From assembly GCA_963820825.1 (NCBI GenBank), contig CAWGBN010000009.1, positions 224,001-288,000 of the forward strand: a DNA stretch of 64,000 bases. Direction: 5' to 3'. The translations under genes were made by a program, and so were the position numbers. This DNA comes from Vulcanimicrobiota bacterium (GTDB taxonomy: Bacteria; Vulcanimicrobiota; Vulcanimicrobiia; Vulcanimicrobiales; Vulcanimicrobiaceae). The notes under the pieces are model-generated. The model was given only the letters and a program-made list of their open reading frames with translations. It made no database searches and had not been told where the DNA came from. Below are positions 58,898-64,000 of the stretch, piece by piece; the stretch's first letter is position 1; every line of letters begins with the position of its first letter.

Positions 58898-59578
58898 GCG
58901 ACACCACTGCAGCTCGTAGGCCTCATCGTCGTTTTGGGGATCGCGCGAGTCGCACTTTCGGTCGCGCCCTCGGCGCGCCGGTCGAACGGCGTCGCACGAG
59001 TCTCGCTCGACGTATTGATCGTCGCGGCGCTCCTGGCGCTCTTCTCGATTACGTTCCTCACCCGGACCTTCTACATTCCATCGGTATCGATGGTTCCGAC
59101 CCTGCAGATCGGCGACGTGCTGCTCGTCGACGAAATCGGCTACCGGTTTGCGTCACCGGGGGAGGGCGAGATCGCCGTCTTCACCCCGCCGTTCAAGCCA
59201 CGGGACGGCGATTTCGTCAAGCGAGTCATCGGAACTCCCGGTGAGGCGATTGCAATTTCGAATGGGGTCGTCTACCGGAACGGATCGGCGCTCCGCGAGC
59301 CGTACGAGAACCAGACGCCCTCGTACGATCTCGCCATCCGCAAGTACGGCATCTACGTCAACGGCAGCCCGCTCGACCCGCACGTCGCGAACGTTCCGGC
59401 GCCCGGGCTCTGGCAAGCTCCGGACCGCATTCCGAAAGGGTTTTACTTCGTGCTCGGTGACAATCGGAACTACTCCGACGACTCGCACGTCTGGGGATTC
59501 GTTCCGCGCACGGCTTTTGTCGGCCGAGCCTTCCTGATTCTGTGGCCGCTCAAACGGCTGCGCGCTTTGGAGAGATAA
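58898..59578 (+). CDS. lepB: Signal peptidase I, copy 1 (start codon unclear)
   Basis: IPSVSMVPTL, FVKRVIG, GDNRNYSDDSH. Confidence 0.88.
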   Translation, partial: ATPLQLVGLIVVLGIARVALSVAPSARRSNGVARVSLDVLIVAALLALFSITFLTRTFYIPSVSMVPTLQIGDVLLVDEIGYRFASPGEGEIAVFTPPFKPRDGDFVKRVIGTPGEAIAISNGVVYRNGSALREPYENQTPSYDLAIRKYGIYVNGSPLDPHVANVPAPGLWQAPDRIPKGFYFVLGDNRNYSDDSHVWGFVPRTAFVGRAFLILWPLKRLRALER

Positions 59579-59585
59579 GAGGCGA

Positions 59586-60320
59586 GTGACTCCTTACGAG
59601 CTTCTGGCAATCGTCGCCGTCATCGCCGTTGCGCGCGTGATTCTCTCGCTTCGCCCGGTCGTTGCCGGCTCGTCCGGACGCAGCACCGCGATCGCCCGCG
59701 AGTTTCTCGACCCCTTCATCATAGCCGGAATCGCGGCGTGGGTTCTCATCACGTTCGTCGCTCGCACCTACTACATTCCCTCAGGTTCGATGCTGCCGAC
59801 GCTGCAGATCCACGACGTCCTTCTCGTGGACAAGTTCGAGTACCGATTTCATCCTCCGCACGAGGGCGACATCGTCGTCTTCCCCCCGCCGGTTCCTACG
59901 CCCGACGACTTCATCAAGCGCGTTATCGGCCGTCCGGGTGACACGATGCGCATCGCCGGCGGCACCGTCTATCTCAACGGACGCGCGTTGGCCGAACCCT
60001 ACGTCGCCGAGCGGCCCGCGTATAACCTCGAGATACGCAACTACGGGATCTACATCAGCTATGGTGCCGGTTGGCAGCGCCTCGACTCTATTGACGGCAA
60101 CGTTCCGCCCGCGACGAAGTGGAGCGCGCCGGATCGAATTCCCCCGCACTGCTACATCATGCTGGGCGACAATCGCAACGATTCCGAGGACTCACACATC
60201 TGGGGCTTTGCGCAGGATTCCGGACGCTTCGCCAGCGGTCCGCGCTCCGGCGCGGGTGCCGGGTTCACCGGCCGTGCGTTTCTCATCTTCTGGCCGCCGT
60301 CTCAAGCCAAGATTCTGTAG
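59586..60320 (+). CDS. lepB: Signal peptidase I, copy 2
   Basis: IPSGSMLPTL, FIKRVIG, GDNRNDSEDSH. Confidence 0.93.
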   Translation: MTPYELLAIVAVIAVARVILSLRPVVAGSSGRSTAIAREFLDPFIIAGIAAWVLITFVARTYYIPSGSMLPTLQIHDVLLVDKFEYRFHPPHEGDIVVFPPPVPTPDDFIKRVIGRPGDTMRIAGGTVYLNGRALAEPYVAERPAYNLEIRNYGIYISYGAGWQRLDSIDGNVPPATKWSAPDRIPPHCYIMLGDNRNDSEDSHIWGFAQDSGRFASGPRSGAGAGFTGRAFLIFWPPSQAKIL

Positions 60321-60344
60321 CGAGCGAAGCGAAGTCGGAGCAAC

Positions 60345-60854
60345 GTGGTCCGCTTCGTCCGCTGGCGACCGGTTGCGAACCTCGCCCTGCAGCTCGCGGT
60401 GCTCGCGGCGATCATCGCGGCTTTCTTCGTCCGACTGCCCCAAGTCTCAGGACTCTCGATGGAGCCGCATATCCGCTCCGGCGAATACGTGATGATCAAT
60501 ACCTTCGCATATCGGGTCGGTAGCCCGCGGCGCGGCGACATCGTCGCATTTCGGCACGAAGGTGACGAACGCGCGATCTTCATTAAGCGCGTCATCGGCG
60601 CTCCCGGCGATCGTATTCGCATCGATCGCGGCCTCATCTACCTCAACGGAGCCAAACTCGACGAGCCGTACGTGCAGCACCCGGACGCCCGGTCGTTCGG
60701 CGAGATCGTGGTTCCTCCGGCCTCCGTCTACGTCTTGGGCGACAACCGTGCAGAGAGCGAAGACTCTCGCTTCTTCGGACCCGTCGGAGATGGATTGCTC
60801 GTCGGGCGCGCGATCGCCGGCATCTGGCCGCCGCGAATGCTGGGCGGATTGTGA
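60345..60854 (+). CDS. lepB: Signal peptidase I, copy 3 (short type)
   Basis: VSGLSMEP, FIKRVIG, GDNRAESEDSR. Confidence 0.92.
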   Translation: MVRFVRWRPVANLALQLAVLAAIIAAFFVRLPQVSGLSMEPHIRSGEYVMINTFAYRVGSPRRGDIVAFRHEGDERAIFIKRVIGAPGDRIRIDRGLIYLNGAKLDEPYVQHPDARSFGEIVVPPASVYVLGDNRAESEDSRFFGPVGDGLLVGRAIAGIWPPRMLGGL

Positions 60855-60892
60855 CCCTTCGATGCGAGTGCGCGGGAACTAGGAGTCCGTAG

Positions 60893-61693
60893 TTGGAGCG
60901 GCAGATCGCGTGGTATCCGGGTCACATGGCGAAGGCGTCACGCCACATCCGCGAGTACCTTCGCTCGATCGACATCGTCGTCGAGGTGGTCGACGCTCGT
61001 ATCGTGCGCAGCGGACGTAACCCCTTGCTCGACGAGCTCGGCGCGCGGCGCACGCGGGTGGTCGCGCTCAACCGTCAGGATTTGGCCGACCCTGCAACGA
61101 CGAAGCACTGGCTGCGTCAGCTCGACGAGCGCGGAACGAACGCCGTCGCCGTCGACGGCCGATCGCAGCGCAGCGTCGGACGAATCGCCGCTGCGATTGA
61201 AAAGGCGACGCCGGCGGGACGCAGGGGAATCTCCCGCGCGATGGTCGTCGGCGTCCCCAACTCGGGAAAGTCCTCGATCGTCAACGGATTGCTCGGCCGA
61301 GCGGCGGCGCGAACCGAAGACCGTGCCGGGATCACGCGACGCACGCAATGGTTTCGCCTATCGCCGAACGTCGAGCTGATGGATACGCCCGGAGTTCTGC
61401 CTCCAAAGATCGGGACGCGCGACGCGCAGTGGAAGCTCGCACTCTGCGGGGCCGTGCCGCGCGATCTCTACGATCCCGCCGAGGTTGCGGCGGCCTTCCA
61501 TCACTGGCTGCTCGCGCGCAATGCGAGAACGCAAGTGCCGAATCTCGACACGTTCGCGGCCCGGGGCGGATTCATGCGCCGTCGCGGCGAGATCGACTAT
61601 CACAACGCGGCGCAATCCTATATTCGCGCGTTCAACGACGGCGCGTTCGGCCGAATATCTTTGGAGGCTCCCGATGACCCCGAAGCAGCGTAA
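60893..61693 (+). CDS. rbgA: Ribosome biogenesis GTPase YlqF/RbgA
   Basis: IAWYPGHMAKA, EVVDAR, GVPNSGKSS, DTPG. Confidence 0.92.
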   Translation: MERQIAWYPGHMAKASRHIREYLRSIDIVVEVVDARIVRSGRNPLLDELGARRTRVVALNRQDLADPATTKHWLRQLDERGTNAVAVDGRSQRSVGRIAAAIEKATPAGRRGISRAMVVGVPNSGKSSIVNGLLGRAAARTEDRAGITRRTQWFRLSPNVELMDTPGVLPPKIGTRDAQWKLALCGAVPRDLYDPAEVAAAFHHWLLARNARTQVPNLDTFAARGGFMRRRGEIDYHNAAQSYIRAFNDGAFGRISLEAPDDPEAA

Positions 61694-62381
61694 GGCCAAG
61701 AACGCGTACGAGCGCGAGCGCCGGCGCCTCCACCGTCTGCATCATTTTGAGTACGCGGTACGCGAACGGGGCTTTACGCTCGTCGGCGGCATCGACGAGG
61801 TCGGCCGCGGACCGCTGGCCGGGCCCGTCGTCGCGGCCTGCGTCGTCGCGACGCAGCCGTTGATGATCAAGGGCTTGAACGACTCCAAACAAGTTCGCCC
61901 GGAGATGCGCGTCGCGATCGCCGAGATCGTCAAATCGCGCGCGACCGCCTGGGCCGTCGGGAGCGCCAGCGTTGCCGAGATCGATCGGCTCAACATCTAC
62001 TGGGCGAGCATTCTTGCGATGGAGCGCGCCATCGCTGCGCTGGCCGCGGCGCCCGAGTATCTCATCACCGATGCGGTCCGGATTCGCTCGTTCGGCGGTC
62101 CGCAAGAGCCGTTGATTCACGGCGATGCGCGCTGCGCGCTCGTGGCGGCCGCCTCGATCGTCGCCAAGGTTCACCGCGACGCGCTCATGGTCGAGCTGGA
62201 CCGAGAGGATTCGCGTTACGGCTTCGGGCTGCATAAGGGCTACTCGACGCCCCACCATATCGAGGCCTTGCGCGCGCACGGTCCGAGCGTGCATCACCGC
62301 GCGAACTGGGCGCGCGTTCGCGACGCGCAGCTCGCACTGGGCTTGGACTCGCTGGAAGCCTTCGAGAACGTTGCAGAGTAA
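61674..62381 (+). CDS. rnhB: Ribonuclease HII
   Basis: GIDEVGRGPLAGPV, LNDSK, AAASIVAKV, HKGY. Confidence 0.96.
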   Translation: MTPKQRKAKNAYERERRRLHRLHHFEYAVRERGFTLVGGIDEVGRGPLAGPVVAACVVATQPLMIKGLNDSKQVRPEMRVAIAEIVKSRATAWAVGSASVAEIDRLNIYWASILAMERAIAALAAAPEYLITDAVRIRSFGGPQEPLIHGDARCALVAAASIVAKVHRDALMVELDREDSRYGFGLHKGYSTPHHIEALRAHGPSVHHRANWARVRDAQLALGLDSLEAFENVAE

Positions 62382-62709
62382 CAGCGAGAAAGGGCGCCAA
62401 GGCGAGGACCGCGCGAGCGATTTCCTGCGTTCCTGCGGTTATCGCATTCTCGCGCGCAACGTGCGCGTTCCCGGCGGCGAGATCGACGCGGTCTGTTTAG
62501 ACGGGCCGACGCTCGTCATCGTCGAAGTGAAGCGTCGTGATTCGAGGAAGTTCGGATCGGCATTGCACGCCGTCGACGCGCGGAAACGCGCAACGCTGCG
62601 GCGTATTGCCGCCGATTACGCGCAGATCGTCGCGCCGTCGGCAAAGATCCGATTCGACGTGGTCGCGCTGGACGGCCGGCGGCTGAGTCTGCACCGAAAC
62701 GCGTTCTAA
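62371..62709 (+). CDS. YraN (UPF0102) family protein
   Basis: G..GE, GYRILARN, GEID, VEVKRR, RFDVV. Confidence 0.92.
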   Translation: MQSNSEKGRQGEDRASDFLRSCGYRILARNVRVPGGEIDAVCLDGPTLVIVEVKRRDSRKFGSALHAVDARKRATLRRIAADYAQIVAPSAKIRFDVVALDGRRLSLHRNAF

Positions 62710-64000
62710 TGGCAACGAAACGAGCCGGCCCCGAGCCGGAACTGCGCCGAAGCGTCACGCCCTGGGGATCGTTTGCGTGGGGATACTCCGACGTCGGCGC
62801 CGACATCTTCGTCGGTCTCGGCCTCGTGCTCGCGTGGGCCGCCGGCGCTTCCAACGTCGCCTTCCTCTTTGCCGGCGTCGTCTACGTCTGCATCGGTCTG
62901 GCCTACACCGAGCTGGCGGCGACCTACCCCGTCGCCGGCGGCGGCCAATACTTCGTGATGCGCGGACTGGGCGATATCTTCGGCTTCATCGCGGGTTGGG
63001 CGGTGCTGCTCGACTTCACCATCGACGTGACGCTCTTTGCCTGGAGCTCGGTCGATTATACGAGTCAGCTCGTCCCCGCGCTCGTCAACTCCGTCCACCC
63101 CTGGCTGCACTTCGTCGTCGTGCTCGGTCTCGTCATTGGGCTCTGCCTGCTCAACGTCATCGGCGTTCGCGAGAGCACCGCTTTCAACGGCGTCGTTTCG
63201 GCGCTCGACGTTCTCAGCGAAACTCTGATCCTCTGCCTCGGCTTCCTCTTCGCATTCCGGCCGCAGCTTCTGCTGCACGCGATGCACTTCAACTGGCCCA
63301 CGCCGTATGCGCTCATGCTCGGCACCTCGCTCGCGATCGTCTCCTTCGTGGGGCTGGAATCGATCTCGCAGGCAGCGCAAGAGACGCAGCGTCCCGCTTC
63401 AATCATTCCGCGGACCTCCGTCGCGCTGATTCTGACGATCCTCATCTTTGCGCTCGCCTATTCGAACCTTGCGCTCGGCCTGCACCCATGGCATCCGATC
63501 CTCGACGCCTCCGGCCATCCGCAGCAGTTCTGGCAGATCTTTCCGCATAACGCCGACAATCAAGGAAAGGCCGTCGCGCTGCTCGCAGCGCAGGTGCCGT
63601 ACTACGGCGCCATCGCGGCGCTCTACGTTCCGGTGCTCGGAGCGATATTGCTGTTGATTTCGTCCAACTCCGGCGTCTTCGGCAGCTCTCGCATCGCTTA
63701 CGCGATGAGCAGCAGCAATCTGCTGCCCTCGATCTTCCAGCGCGTGCACGCGACCTTCCGGACGCCGGTGATCTCGATCGTCTTCTTCTCGGCCATCGCT
63801 TTGATCGAGCTAATCTTTGCCGCGGCGCCGAGCCTCTACCCGCGCTCGGACTCGCTCTACGCCCGATTTTTCCACGGTGAAAACGGCCTTGGATTTCTCG
63901 CCGACCTCTATGCCTTCGGCGCGGCGACGAGCTACTCGTTCGTCTTCCTCGGATTGATCGCGTTGCGGTTCAACGATCCGTTGAGTCCGCGCAAGTTCAA
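62709..64000 (+). CDS. APC-family amino acid permease (partial, runs off window edge)
   Basis: Manual translation from ATG 62709: ELRRSV..GYSDVGADIF...YTELAATYPVAGG...FVGLESISQAAQE. Confidence 0.88.
   Translation, partial: MATKRAGPEPELRRSVTPWGSFAWGYSDVGADIFVGLGLVLAWAAGASNVAFLFAGVVYVCIGLAYTELAATYPVAGGGQYFVMRGLGDIFGFIAGWAVLLDFTIDVTLFAWSSVDYTSQLVPALVNSVHPWLHFVVVLGLVIGLCLLNVIGVRESTAFNGVVSALDVLSETLILCLGFLFAFRPQLLLHAMHFNWPTPYALMLGTSLAIVSFVGLESISQAAQETQRPASIIPRTSVALILTILIFALAYSNLALGLHPWHPILDASGHPQQFWQIFPHNADNQGKAVALLAAQVPYYGAIAALYVPVLGAILLLISSNSGVFGSSRIAYAMSSSNLLPSIFQRVHATFRTPVISIVFFSAIALIELIFAAAPSLYPRSDSLYARFFHGENGLGFLADLYAFGAATSYSFVFLGLIALRFNDPLSPRKF

Overview
High-GC bacterial chromosomal segment with about 65 densely packed CDSs and no rRNA, tRNA, CRISPR array or transposase that I could find. 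Firmicute-like translation genes (prp, rbgA) occur together with a large TonB-dependent receptor. This points to a diderm Terrabacteria lineage, most plausibly Ca. Eremiobacterota (inference only). Main finding: a complete cyclohexanecarboxyl-CoA (CHC-CoA) biosynthesis cassette at 43.5-52.8 kb. It encodes an ACT-less DAHP synthase, a FabF-like ketosynthase, a ~1008-aa EPSP-synthase-like/CoA-ligase fusion masked by two compensating indels, an acyl-CoA dehydrogenase, ChcA and a dienoyl-CoA reductase. The order matches Streptomyces ansJK-ansL-chcA-ansM / plmJK-plmL-chcA-plmM, but here it is linked to a fatty-acid ketosynthase instead of a PKS, suggesting omega-cyclohexyl fatty acids. Other notable items: a PaaX-controlled miniature Box-like aryl-CoA epoxidase cluster (short BoxB-like protein plus single-domain BoxC-like protein); a 53% Arg/Lys histone-like repeat protein; a FolK-FolE2/MptA fusion; a DUF1858-ApbC that lacks the canonical CPxC; a REP-like repeat family with one copy in frame inside metH; rplU-prp without rpmA; and three tandem lepB genes. 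Several genes carry single-base indels that look like long-read consensus errors. All family assignments come from motif recognition, not database searches.
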